Positions 43,981-56,739 of a stretch of 64,000 bases of DNA are shown here, piece after piece. The notes beneath the pieces are model-generated. The model had not been told where the DNA came from. It made no database searches and saw nothing but the letters and a program-made list of their open reading frames with translations. Location of the stretch: positions 62,001-126,000 of the forward strand of contig JBEUKZ010000085.1 of assembly GCA_048128005.1 (NCBI GenBank), written 5' to 3'. How positions within the stretch are numbered: position 1 is the stretch's first letter; every line of letters starts with the position of its first letter. The position numbers and the translations under genes are program-made. Source of the DNA: Veleropilina oligotropha (lineage: Eukaryota).

Positions 43981-46224
43981 CTAGGGCCGAGGCTTCCCTA
44001 TCCCGCTCTGCTTGCGGGATTTCGCTGGAGGTGCTCGCCTCTTTGGAGTGGGTTTATTGGCCGGAGGCCTACCACCCGAAGAGGGCTTCGCACGCTTAGA
44101 AGGCTTCGGGGCCGGGGTGGGCCCGGAGCGCTTCTTCGAGTTGGCAGGTGGACCCCGGGTGGGGAGCAGTACTGCCTTCTCGATGGCACGGTCCTTAATG
44201 TCCGCCGCTCTCTTGTCAACAAACTCCGTGAAGTTGTCACCAAAGAGAGTGGTGGCCGAGCAAGGTACGCATCGCAACGAGCGCCGGGTGGGCTCGTCCA
44301 GCGAGGTACCTTCCAGGCAAGCATCCCTACGAAGTAGGAGGGCATTGCCCAGGACACGTCCCGTCTCCAACGCGCTGGTCTCCTGCGTGGCAGCAACCTC
44401 CTGGAGGAAGGACAGGGCAGCCTCGGTGGCGCCGGGTCCATTCTCCTGTAATACGGCTATCGCACCGTCTAGGAAAAAATCCTGAACGGACGATAGCCGC
44501 AGAGCCCGTCGGGCGGAGCTCTCGAAAGCTTCCAAGGCGGACCAAGGAACTTTCGCTACGGAGGGAGGGTGACTGGCGGTCAGTCGACGCAACGAAGCGT
44601 CAACACGAGCCGGCTCAGTCGCCAGGCACGGGCCAGTGCATTCGAACGGGATCGCTCGAGTACTGGCCCGGAGGTACCTCCCACTACGGAACCCCGAAGG
44701 GAACTCGTTCAGCGGGGAGGACTCCACCGGATTGCGCCCCTGAACGAGCTTGGTGATCGAGTCTACAACAAGATCCACCAGCCCGGACTGAGGTAAGGAG
44801 GGGAGCTCGGGGGCTTCCCTCGCAACAAACCGATGTGCTGCCGTCCTATGCTTGGCTACGTCTACAGCCGACCGAGTCGGTTCCGACAAGCCAAGCACCC
44901 CGCGAAGTGACGCAACAGCGTCGAGCCTTCGGCGGGTGGAGGAGGTCGGCTCCTGCGTGCCTGTAAGACTAATGTCTTCGGACCCGACCGATTCAGGGAG
45001 GTCGGAGTGATTTGAACAGAGATCCTCGTTGGAACGAGGGTCGATGTCTATCACTGAGGCAGGAGCCGTGCTCTGCGCCATGGGCAGAAGTGTAGGTACC
45101 AGGTGCGGCTCGGGAGCCGTCGGCCAGGCCTTACACCGTTCCTCGATCCCCGCCGCGATCCATGCCTGGACGTTCTCAAAAGAGAAACCCGGAGGCAGGA
45201 CGGGCGACGAACTAACAGCCGGTAGTTCTGTCGAGGTAACCGTGGCGCTAGGTAGACGGGCTGCATTGACAGGTCGAACCGAGGACCAGGGTCCACGGGC
45301 ACTTGTCGAGGGGTCGAACCCGAAGGACTGGCCCGGAGGCGCAGTCAGTGGGCCGGACGACCGATAGGACTGCGGCAACAGTTCTGATCGGTCTACCACT
45401 CTGTTCGAGCGAGGCACGGACGGAAAACCGCCGTAGAACCCCGTCCCGAACGCAGCCGGTCTGTCCACGTTCTCTAGCGTGACCACGGTGGGTGCACGGG
45501 AGAGACCGGGCCCTCTGAATGTCTCGTGAGCTTCGAGGTTGAGCGGAAAACCCCTAGGGGAAGTCGCATCGTTCTCGACCGAGGATTCAGGTTTCGCCGA
45601 TTGTCCGAGTCTTAGACCTACAAGTAGGTGCCCGGCCTCTTTAAAGGCTTTCTCTGCATTGGGTCTGTCACCGTAGGAAGACGGTGAGTTTCCCGCAGAA
45701 GGACTAACTGTCCCCTTATTCTTCGAGGCCGAAGAAAAGGATGGGGATAGTCTGCCCTGTTCAGCTGTTCGCTGCGCTGTCATGTATACCTTGCTAGCCG
45801 GCAAGGTATGGCTGACTGCAGTTACTAGGCCCAGTTGTGGAGGAACGGTCGACACTCGGGTCTTTACCTGAATCTGGGGTACCGGCAAGGTTTCGGTGAC
45901 TCTCCCAAGAGTCGCGGAGGTTTCGCCGGTGGATCCGGCGACAGACGTCTGTCGGCTGTCGTCCAGCGTCCCTGAAGCAGACAAAGAAGAAACGTTAGGT
46001 AACTTACCGGTCTCTTCATGACCCTTCTCCACGGGAGGACCCACCGTGGCAGTCGCCCTGGTCGACTTACCGTGGTGAGACAGGGTTGCCCACTGCTTAT
46101 CTGATAGAAGAAAGCACAGATCACATTGATGATGTATACTACAGCTACGGTGTTTACAACATTCCTTGTGCCTATCAAATGCGTGAATTTTCTGGTTACA
46201 CCCGGAGCTACTGCACCGGACCAT
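43981..46224 (-). CDS. DIRS copy 3 gag-like ORF1 (747 aa from ATG)
   Basis: N-terminal Cys/His cluster, low-complexity middle, LLLRRDA helix and basic C-terminus; first ORF after the ITR. Confidence 0.88.
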   Translation of the reverse strand: MVRCSSSGCNQKIHAFDRHKECCKHRSCSIHHQCDLCFLLSDKQWATLSHHGKSTRATATVGPPVEKGHEETGKLPNVSSLSASGTLDDSRQTSVAGSTGETSATLGRVTETLPVPQIQVKTRVSTVPPQLGLVTAVSHTLPASKVYMTAQRTAEQGRLSPSFSSASKNKGTVSPSAGNSPSSYGDRPNAEKAFKEAGHLLVGLRLGQSAKPESSVENDATSPRGFPLNLEAHETFRGPGLSRAPTVVTLENVDRPAAFGTGFYGGFPSVPRSNRVVDRSELLPQSYRSSGPLTAPPGQSFGFDPSTSARGPWSSVRPVNAARLPSATVTSTELPAVSSSPVLPPGFSFENVQAWIAAGIEERCKAWPTAPEPHLVPTLLPMAQSTAPASVIDIDPRSNEDLCSNHSDLPESVGSEDISLTGTQEPTSSTRRRLDAVASLRGVLGLSEPTRSAVDVAKHRTAAHRFVAREAPELPSLPQSGLVDLVVDSITKLVQGRNPVESSPLNEFPSGFRSGRYLRASTRAIPFECTGPCLATEPARVDASLRRLTASHPPSVAKVPWSALEAFESSARRALRLSSVQDFFLDGAIAVLQENGPGATEAALSFLQEVAATQETSALETGRVLGNALLLRRDACLEGTSLDEPTRRSLRCVPCSATTLFGDNFTEFVDKRAADIKDRAIEKAVLLPTRGPPANSKKRSGPTPAPKPSKRAKPSSGGRPPANKPTPKRRAPPAKSRKQSGIGKPRP

Positions 46225-47236
46225 AGCTAAATACACGGGAGGGTGGACGTGGGTAGACGGGGTAGATAAATAGGTATATATATGGTAGTTGAGACTTCTT
46301 TCCTTGGAGGGAGTACTACGACAACTCACAGAATTGTCCTGATCTGAAGATTAGAGATCAAGCGATATACCGTTATTAGAACCCCGAACTGGGAACACCG
46401 AGGTCGGGTATTTTACCCGACCGACCCGGTAACCCGGCAAATTGACTAAAACAAAGGGGGGTTCTTTCCTCGAAAAAACCCGCCCAGAAAAACACCTGAA
46501 AACCTCGTGGATGTTTTATGTTAGTACAATGGCGTATTATCCCAGCAACGGCAGGATATCAGAAAATTAACGCAAGCTTAATATCAAAAGATCCTGCCTT
46601 TTTAACAACGCTAGAAAATTTTTTATATATATAATAAATAACCAGCAAATAGCGTTGTTAAGGAATTATCCAATATAATGAGTTACCTGTTTGCAGTCTC
46701 AAACAATATCAGATAATTATACAGACCAGAAATTTCAGCTACCACTCGAAAATTTTCCCTCTAAGCGGCCATCTTTAATGGCCACTGGCGTCCTTGACGA
46801 CGATGTCTGTTTTCTTTTGATGTCCAGAACTTTGGCGTCCTTGACGACGATCCGAAGTTTGAGAATCACTCTTCTATATTCACATGTGTTTCATATCCAC
46901 AACACTGTTATATTCCACTACTTATATTAAGTAGAAACTGCGCCCTGATTTAACGTGAAATCGGGCGCCTATATCGAAATATTTGCGGAGCAAAAACAAC
47001 GTCTTTCCGCGACAGCGGAAAACTTTGAATTGATGTCATGTGACTTCTATTGTTCAGAAGTCTCACGAGACTTGGCGAAGTCTCGCTAGGGAACGTGGGG
47101 GGTAGGAGCAGGGGAGGTAACCGTGTGCTTTTTTGGCTTATAACGGTGCATTATGGGACATATTCACCATTTCCGGTTTGGGCGATAATATACTATTATG
47201 GCAAGAGTAAGGACGTAAGTATGTTTGTAACTATAT

Positions 47237-48450
47237 AACGCTATTAACAGACGTGTAGAAGTCCAGAGGTCACTATGTCAAGGTCAATGGTCATACCGGG
47301 GAAATATGTGCCGTCGTGGCTCAGTGGGTAGTTCACAGGACTCTGGTCACAGAGTCTCGCGTTCGCCCCCAGAGCTCGGCGATTTCACTTGGGCAAGGAA
47401 ATAAGCATATATTTGCCTCGGTCCACCCAGCCGATCTGAATGGGTACCTGGTTGGCAGTTATGTAAGTCACGGCGCTACCCGCGTGTAAATGACTGTAAT
47501 GCTCCCAGAGGGAGTTGAGATGGCATATCGAGTGGAAGAGGCCAATAACCAGGGGTAATAATGTGCAGCGCATTGAGACACTAGCGTAATAAAGCGCTAT
47601 ATAAGACCGGAGTATTATTATTATTATTATTATTATTTGCGACCGTTGCACAACTACATGATGTAGTGATCAAGTATGCCAAGTGTCGATGAAATATTCC
47701 CAGCAGGTTGGGAGTAGTCCGGACAAGTTAGTAACAGACGTTTAGAAGTCCAGAGGTCACTTTGTCAAGGTCAAAGGTCATACCGGGAAAATTTACCGCC
47801 GTTGCACAACTACATGATGTAGTGATCATGTATGCCAAGTGTCCATGAAATATTCCCAGCAGGTTGGAAGGAGTAGTCAGGACAAGTTAATAACAGACAA
47901 TGTTTAGAAGTCCCAGAGGTCGCTACGACACGGTCAAAGGTCATACCGAAGAAATTTGTGAACATTGCACAACTACATGATGTAGTGATCAAGTATGCCA
48001 AGTATCGATGAAATATTCCCAGCAGGTTGGGAGAAGTAGTCCGGACAAGTTAATAACACTATTAGCAGACAATGTTTAGATTGTCTGAAGTCCAGAGGTC
48101 ACTATGTCAAGGTCAAAGGTCATACCGGGGAAATTTGTGAACGTTGTACAACTACATAATGTAGTGATCAAGTATGCCAAGTATTGATGAAATATTCGCA
48201 GCAGGTTGGGAGGAGTAGTCCGGACAAGTTAATAAGACAATGTTTATAAGTCCAGAGGTCGCCACGACAAGGTCAAAGGTCCGACCGGGAAAATTTCGCT
48301 CATGTAACAACTACATGATGTAGACAGCAGTGATCATGTATGCCAAGTGTCGACGAATTCTTCTCAGCAGGTTGGGAGGAATAGTGTGGACGGACAGACA
48401 GGATGATTCCAATATAACCCTCCCTAACTTCGTTACGGGGGGTATAACAA
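47237..48450 (-). mobile_element. HINE-like element with tandem repeats; host of DIRS copy 3 (other part at about 39700-39767)
   Basis: Repeated aaatattcccagcaggttgggaggagtagtccggacaagtt; ends with ggacggacagacag and a hairpin closing in ggggggtataac. Confidence 0.65.
47310..47638 (+). mobile_element. tRNA-derived SINE (family B, Meta-domain-like)
   Basis: Head gtggctcagtggg, core ccacccagcc...aatgggtacctgg, tail aagcgctatataa(tat)n; another copy at 57656-57990 (-). Confidence 0.75.
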
Positions 48451-50557
48451 TAGCCCGTTAGAAAACGGATTCATCCTCCACCTTCCGCATTCACTCTGAT
48501 ATAAACTTTAACCAAAATTTCGATGTCCCAACACATCAAGTTTCTTCAATATTTATACAAAATAATATTCAATATCATTACTAGAGTAAAAGGTGGTATC
48601 AATATAAGCATCACCAAAGAATATGTATGCAATAATGGAATAGAATGAAAATTTGACCAACTTGACCAAAAATATCTATGTCCACAAACACTAATTTCAC
48701 ATGTTATTTATATTATAAATCACTTGCAGATGAGGGAGCAGCATTAATATAGTCAACACTAAAGTATATGGACGTAAAACAGTGCCTAGAACAACCCATA
48801 TGCCCATTGAAAACTTTAACCAAAATTTCTATGTCCACAAACACCTATTTTTATGCAATAATTATATTAAATTTAATTCAGCATCACTTCCATAGTATCA
48901 GTTGACATTCATATTATCAATACCAAAGAATATATACACCAAAATGTTGTTTCAACATCTCATACACACTCAATGAAAAACTTTAACCAAAATTTCTATG
49001 TTCAAAAACACCTACATTTATGCAATAATTATATTAAATTTTATTCAATCTCACTTCCAGAGTACCAGGTGTCATCCATATAATGCCTACAAAAGTATAT
49101 ATATGCCAAAAAGTATCATGGCAACAACAATATCCCCCGCTACCCTTCGGGCGGGGGATAAAAATGTACATTTTAACTTTCATTTAATCATGGATAACTT
49201 CAATTATTAAATGTTGGAATACTACTTAAATTTGACTCATATGACACTTTTTTGCAATGTTTAATTTCTGAACCTTGTCACAACATGTGGCATTATTATT
49301 TCATTATCAGTACTATCAAACGTTTTAAAATGGTTAGCACACATCCCGTGGAATATAATGTGTAAACTAGTAGTTGGCTTCCAGGATTATCATTATAATG
49401 GTAGAGAGTATGCAGAATCTAAATACGTAGTTTTGGAAATAATTTATGCATGAATAATAATTGATTAGTAAATTGTACATATGCTAGTATAAGTCTAAGT
49501 CGATATTTAGACAAATTCGAAAAATCGCCATCCATGGCTGGTATCTGTGATCCCGATGGGCAAACTTCACTATAAATATTTCAATACATTTGGACCCTAT
49601 TATTATTAATAGGCTATTATATAAAATTTTGGATTCGTCTATAGGTATATGATCAGCTATTATTACAAATTAAACCTGATAAAAGGACATTTGAACCGAG
49701 TGAAATATAATACTTATAAATAGAATTGGATTAGATTTATGTTTAATGTCCTGGAGCAAAGCCTGGTCATCTAGGGAAACCAGCAATCTCTGGCCAGTTT
49801 CGGACATCTACGATTGATAACTGAATAGAGAATGTAATGCCCCAACTGAGATTCGGGCCCACTCCTGTTCGCTAGCGCAATCGAGCCAACGCTTTCATAG
49901 TCAGCACTTTATATCACACGACTGTCAGGGCGGCCTCTATAAAATATTTGAGAAAAGACAGTAACTCCAAACAAAGTCGTCTGTATTGGCGATGTGTCAT
50001 GCCAACGAATGCTTAGTTTCACAGACACACCCGCCCGCCCTTAGGCCTACATTTATGGTATAGTTCGAACTCAAGGTGGATAAGAATCCACTGTCATCAT
50101 GACAACTTGTATTCGACTAGTTGTGTACAGCTAAATACGTACTTGTCAATAAGGTATTTCAATTTGAAATTCGACTTTCTTTCGATATCTGCTGCATCAT
50201 GCCCATGGAGACTCATGGAGACACGTGCATTTTGTCCTCAATTTAACCAGGTCACCTCTGGCATGTCTGGTGCCGTGGTAAAATTCAGATGCGCGAACCG
50301 ATACGAATATACAAATAAAACTTCTACGTGATCAGATTATTCTGACGTTATGATATATCAACTTCGATAATGATTATTTTTGGCAACCGGAAGTCAAATT
50401 TCATAAGCACATTGTCGGTCACATTTTTCGTGTCCTGGATGACGCAAATTAAAATCAGACAAGGTTGGGTTAAAATTACAGTTGATCACAATCAAATGGA
50501 AAAGGATATGTTCACTAAGTAATTGCCCATTTATCTGTAATTTCACACCCCGCTTAC

Positions 50558-50626
50558 CTTTTTAATTTCATTATCTGATGCGTTTCTTCGTACTCCCAAA
50601 ATTTCATAAAGCTTATTGTCGGCCAT
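50558..50626 (-). CDS. DNAJA2: DnaJ homolog subfamily A (DNAJA2-like) coding exon 1
   Basis: Reads MADNKLYEILGVRRNASDNEIKK (J-domain start), then AAG|gtaagc donor. The ten exons total 1245 nt (414 aa plus stop) with consistent phases. Confidence 0.9.
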
Positions 50627-53600
50627 TTTCACTCTGTTGTGACGTCATACACTGCCCCCTGTAAGACCAAGGTAGACAATTCAGAAATTATGTCGTCTAT
50701 AAATAGAAAATAATTTGCTGGGCTTTGGTCGATTGGATTTTACAATAATGGCATAATGTATATGTTATCAAAACTTACTCGCGTCTATTTGTTCAGTCAC
50801 TAGCCAGACAGACGCTCTCTGTAACCATTAACGGAAAATTAGCATCTGATAAACTACGATATCGAGGCGTCAAGATATGTTTGGGCAAGCATCTGTCACG
50901 TTGCTTCCAACACAATGGCATGAAAGCAGATCACCTTAGGTCATACCTCAATTACGAATAACAACGAACAATAATATTAATTAAGTTAATGCAAACGATA
51001 TTAGCTTAATTGCAGTACAAATCCTTTTAAAAAACAGTATTAAACACAACATACCACGAACATGCCAAAATCATGGCCAGTAGCCAGACGGGGCTTCCCG
51101 TTTTGCCACCACCTTTTGATCATGCCTACATGTGTTAATTGAGATAACAATAGCAAAAATAGGGGGCCATATCAGCAATTATTTTATTAGTACGTGGTGG
51201 CATGGAAATTTGCAGGGCAAATTTACAATGAAAATTAACAGCATAATTATATAGATAGATATATAGTATTTATAAATGCATATTAATATTTACAAAAATA
51301 CGTTCCACAATATGGCAATTTACAATAAATGCATGTTAGAAGGTGGCAATTAAAATGTGAAAAATACCCAGATCATCGTCTGACATCAATAGTAGTATAT
51401 TATAATCATCATTGGGTTGAAAATAATTGCCTGTTCAAATATTTGCATACACCTTTCTTCTCAATAAAAAACATTTTTTTGTAATTATGACAAGCGAAAT
51501 GGCTCTATATAGGCATGATCCTGATGCCAGATCGCCAAGTAATGGCATATAGTGTGTTTTGTAATGATGTACTTTGTGCAATAAATAATGTTCAAACTAA
51601 ACTAATAATTTCCTTACGATAATACCGGAAATATATTTAAAAAATAAAGTAAGATGACGTCTCTTCAAACTAGCGCTTTCTCCCTTTACAGAGATCTTCA
51701 AGTCATATATACGTTTATGAGGTTACATGAATATACACACCTGATAATTCATCTTGGTAAAACATATATACTAAACTGCGACCGCCTCTGCTGTTAGGAA
51801 TATAAACTCGACATTGACCAAAGCATTTTGTAAAACATAGAGTTTATATACCTGTCATGATTACTAATCACTTTCAAATTTTAAATTATCTAAGATCTTT
51901 CATGATTACGTAATCACTAAAAAATTGCCATTTACAACTGATAATTTAAATTTAATGAAAATGAGTTCACCTACTTAGTAATTCTAGCATGCGATCAATT
52001 ACCACTGTTAACTTTATCAGGACTGAGTTTAGTTCACAAAATAATTACATGAGGCATTTTGTATACGGTCCCTGTGCTGGTGCAATTAAGGAACCTACAG
52101 CCTGGTGGCACAGTGGAAATAAGCCGGCCAGACTGCCTGCATATATTGAGCTTTAATTCTTCCATCTCCATATTTACCTTCTAGTCTTCTTTCTTCGTAA
52201 CCCACTCGATGGTCAACCACCGTACGATCATTTACGCTATTTTAATCCCTCATCTTTTGAATATTGATAGTGTACCAATGAAATTATGTGCCACCGTGAA
52301 ATATCTGTAGAAAAACAACCTTCTCTCAAACTTGCAACATGGATTCCTGAAGCGGCTCTCCTGTGAAACTCAGCTAATCCTTACCATCTCTGATTTAGCT
52401 GAGGGACTCAACAAAGGCAACAACCAATACGTAGTGCTTTTAGACTTTAGTAAGGCTTTTGATAAAGTTCCCCACAAACTTTTACTGTATATAAGTAAAG
52501 ATGTCTCAATACGGTCTAGATAACAGTGTAACTTCCTGGGTAAGCGATTTCTTGTCCGGCAGAACCCAACGAGTCGTCCTGGATGGTGAGGTCTTTAATA
52601 CGGCCGGTGTCACCTTTGGTGTACCCCAAAGCACGGTATTAGATCCTGTGTTGTTTTTTATATACTCGTACATCAACGACATGCCAGAATTTGTATCGTC
52701 TCAAGCACGCCTAATTGCAGATGACTGCTTACTCTATATACAGTATATCGTCAGGTGAAGTCTCCAGCTGATTGCGACGTCCTACAAAAAGACCTTGATG
52801 CGCCCCAACAGTGGGAAGACGATTGGTTGATGAAGTTTAACGCTATGTTTCCATTAATACGGATGCGGTCCGGATGCGATCCGGGTACGAACACGGAAAA
52901 AAATCGCTAGTCTATGTTTATATATGGAGTGTTTCCATTAACGCGTCTGCGGTCCGACTCCGGGTGCGGTGCGGCTTTTTTCGACAGGACCAGGGAGCGA
53001 TTCAATCGGTCGCCGTACCCGAATCGGACGAGGAATTTCCTTCATGAGAGGGTTTTCCCATGATCACGTGATTAAACACAACGTTAATTTTTCCTTTGCC
53101 GGTATTACTTTTCTATTTCTTGCAAACTTTGCAAGATCCGCTTCCACTAATAGAGTAGGCACTTATGTAATTTCGTGTATTTTGTTTGATAAAAGTGATT
53201 TATCACTGGATTGTGCTTTAAAATATTATAAGAATTAAGAAAAAATAGGGTCGCATTATTTTCGAGACCCCTAATAGGTAGTAATATGACGTAATCCAAG
53301 ATGGCGCCATCGAATAATGATAATATTCTGTATCTCATTTCCTTTCGGTCAGAATTGATACATACATGAATAATATGTCGTTTTGCTTGTTTTAAAGCAC
53401 CAGGAAGCTGATTCGGATATTTGTCTCTGAAAAAATTACGAGAAAATGACTTTGACGGATTTATAATAATAAATATATGTGTCAAAATTGACGAAATCCA
53501 AGATGGCCGCCATGAATTAGTGAAAATATTCTTGACCTCAAAACTTTGAAGCCAGGTTAGATAGATATGTTAATGATATGTCGTTTTATGTTTTCATATT

Positions 53601-55526
53601 TGCGTAGGCCAATTCTGCTATTTATCTTTCAAATACTACAATAAAATCAAGTTGACAGGCATATACATAGTATGAAATTGGATTGCGTCCAAAGTAAAAA
53701 CGTAAAAATATTCCCTAGCCTATTTTCATTTTCGTGTAACTAGTAATAAATAATCTTTTTATCATTACGTGTCCCATACCATACTCTCTTGTTTAACTGT
53801 ACAGTAATATATACATTACAAAGGGGGAATTCTCCTCCCCTAAAAGGGTGAAATCTGTTGATTTCGAACTTTTGGTAATTTTTCAAAAAAACAGTGAACC
53901 AATTGATAATACAAACTTTACAATGATATTACTGAGGATGCTTGTGAAAGCTGCGTATATGGCAAGAGTATCAGTCAGCGTATTTTTGAATACAATTTAA
54001 TAGCAGTCAGACTTTGAGTTAAATTTCAACGTTTTCTTGACAGATCACACATTTTCTTTACCAAAATACTGATCTTCTGCCTCTTTTCTGCAGAAAAACC
54101 ATGAAGACTCGGTCTAAAGAAACTGTGTGATCTGTCAAGAAAACGTTGAAATTCAACTCAAGTATGTTTCCACGGAGCACATGGGTGCCCAGATAAAAAG
54201 CGGGTAATGAAACCAGTAGTGGTTGTCTTAAAGTAATATTGAACAGTGTTGTAACGTTCTTCTGCTCCATTGAGATCGCAAATCGAGTATCTGAAATATC
54301 ATTTACCATGTTTAATTAATTAATGCTAACCAAGATCTAGACATTAATTGAAATAGAAACTGAATTGAACAATACTACTAAAAGTGTTGTGATCAATGAT
54401 ATTCATCAAAATATGTAAACTTTTAGTTTCCCCTACCCGACAACCCTCGGTATAAGATGTATCTAAAACACCCGATCCTAGATGTTCATTTCAGCAGACT
54501 ATCAGCGAGTATGGGCAATTAAACATATCAAAAGTATGAACACCATTAATCAAAGTGCATATATTTTGGTGAACCACTTTGTGACAGGTTTCAAATCCGA
54601 CAGGCAAGTATTGTACATTACCACAGCCACAGCAACAACGGCACTTTGGAACTCACTTAATTATGACCGTGATATATACAAAAATACAAGATCTAAGTCA
54701 CTTCCATGTAAACTTGCAGATCTAGATCGAACATCAATTCATCTATATCAAAGGCTTAGAATTGAAACAGGCATTGCAAATGTCGTGTTGAAGCAAATGC
54801 AGTTAATGGGATGCAATTGTCTGCCACTGTGGTACACGACAGGTTAGTCTGGTGTGAATTAGACAACATCGACTTTCTGGAATCAACCCTTTGTGGTATG
54901 AAGAACATGTTTCGTGGTACAACAGTAGCTATATATTATTTTGTGTCTACTGACAAAGTGACAAGTCGCCAATGATGCCACCAAGTATCTTGATTGATCT
55001 TTGAAAGGTTAATCTTCACAATGGAACGAATGAGAGATTGCATATTGAGCACCTCAAAACCGGCCATAGGCCTGAATAAGAAAACATATATAGCTTGGAT
55101 AACTGGTTTCATGAACTTTGATGAAGATGAAAACAACAACATTAAACTAAATGTACAAATATCACGAGTGGCCTTCAATTTCTTGCTATCGTCCATCAAC
55201 CATAGGAGTGACATGATCAATGTTGCTTCTGATCCTCCATTAATCCGATAACCCACACTGATTTGCATACCGTATAAATGGCATCACAACTCGTGTTCAA
55301 AAGGTTTGCAGTTGTTTGACCTGATTATGAAGCTGTCGTGGAACGCAGGGACACCAGAGATCAGTTTCTATTCCAGCCTGAAATCTTGACTATTGTGTCT
55401 TGGGCTTTAGCAGCGATGAATGAGTGCATGGATGGGTGTGAAATTGAGTAGGCCTGGTATGGTTGGAGGCTAAATTGCACTCATCAACAACCTTAGCTCA
55501 AATTTTGAATGCCATTGGCAACCATT

Positions 55527-55648
<122 letters not shown>

Positions 55649-56739
55649 GTAGATCACTCAGGAACATGGCTACCCTCTTTGGTCTATACAATCTGTATAG
55701 TTTCTTCATGACGTAATTCGAAGAAAAGGCATCCCAGAAACTGTCATCCGTTCCTCTGGAAAAGGCATATCGCAGCGACATAAATGAAGGAAACAGCAAG
55801 GCAGCTTCGGGAACTTTGGAAATAATTCATGAAAGGAACTTCTGGGGCAGGCATCAATAACATCCTGATCATGAATTGAGCAAGAACATTGGTCAATGGG
55901 GGAATTGTAGCAATAACTCAAAATTACAAGGCACTTAATAATATTTTCCTTATTATACCAGAGTGTTCAAAATCACTATACGAATTTGCGAATGAATAGG
56001 GCAGTAATGATAATGACAATGGAATACAACCCCATGAAATCACAGGGAGGGTGGTTTCCCGAATCATGAATAATGCTTCCAAACTCATTGTGATGTTCAG
56101 CGAACATGAAGACACTTTCCTGGTATAAAAATGATAGTACGACGTACGCAACCTGATTAGCAAGAAGTGATGATATAAAGTGTGCAAAGATATCAAAGAA
56201 CTTATGATATATAAAATGTCCAAAGAAATCAATGAATGACACCAGATTAAACCATTTGCAATGGAATGTCTAACTGACGTGACAAAATGTATACAAGGAA
56301 AATTGGAGCATTGTAGGTAGTAATAGTTAAATACCACAGCACAGAGGTCAAAAACTGGTGAAATTCAAAGCAGATCTTAGGCTTTTCTACAGGTTCATGG
56401 TCATCTAACGATACCGACTAGAGTTAAACGTAATGAATTTGACATTGTCTATTTGCACCTGGCGGTTCACAATCGTTGGCCTATATGAAAGACTAAAATC
56501 CTTTTAGGGGCGTTGTGTGGATCCTTCTTGGTTTTTAATGGTGCATAGTAAACACTTAACATTGTTGATATATGCTTAGGTGATTAGCACTAATACTTGG
56601 AAAATTTAAATATACTGAAACAAAGCCGGAAATATAATTTAACTTTGGAAGATCTCCATTTGACACCTATATATAAGCCATTTTGATTTTTCTGAAAGAA
56701 CAAATGCACAATTGACATCCTCGTGTCAAAAAACATAAA

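Larger units (their letters stand above)
39768..47236 (-). mobile_element. DIRS copy 3, full length (about 7.5 kb), all ORFs open
   Basis: ITRs at about 39800-40005 and 47021-47225, ICR at 40067-40157, three long ORFs. Confidence 0.95.

Noticed and set aside
20766..49165. One giant HINE enclosing all DIRS copies (tatccccc / gggggata ends)
   Set aside because: Only an 8-bp match, and the internal repeats at the two ends differ; cannot be supported.
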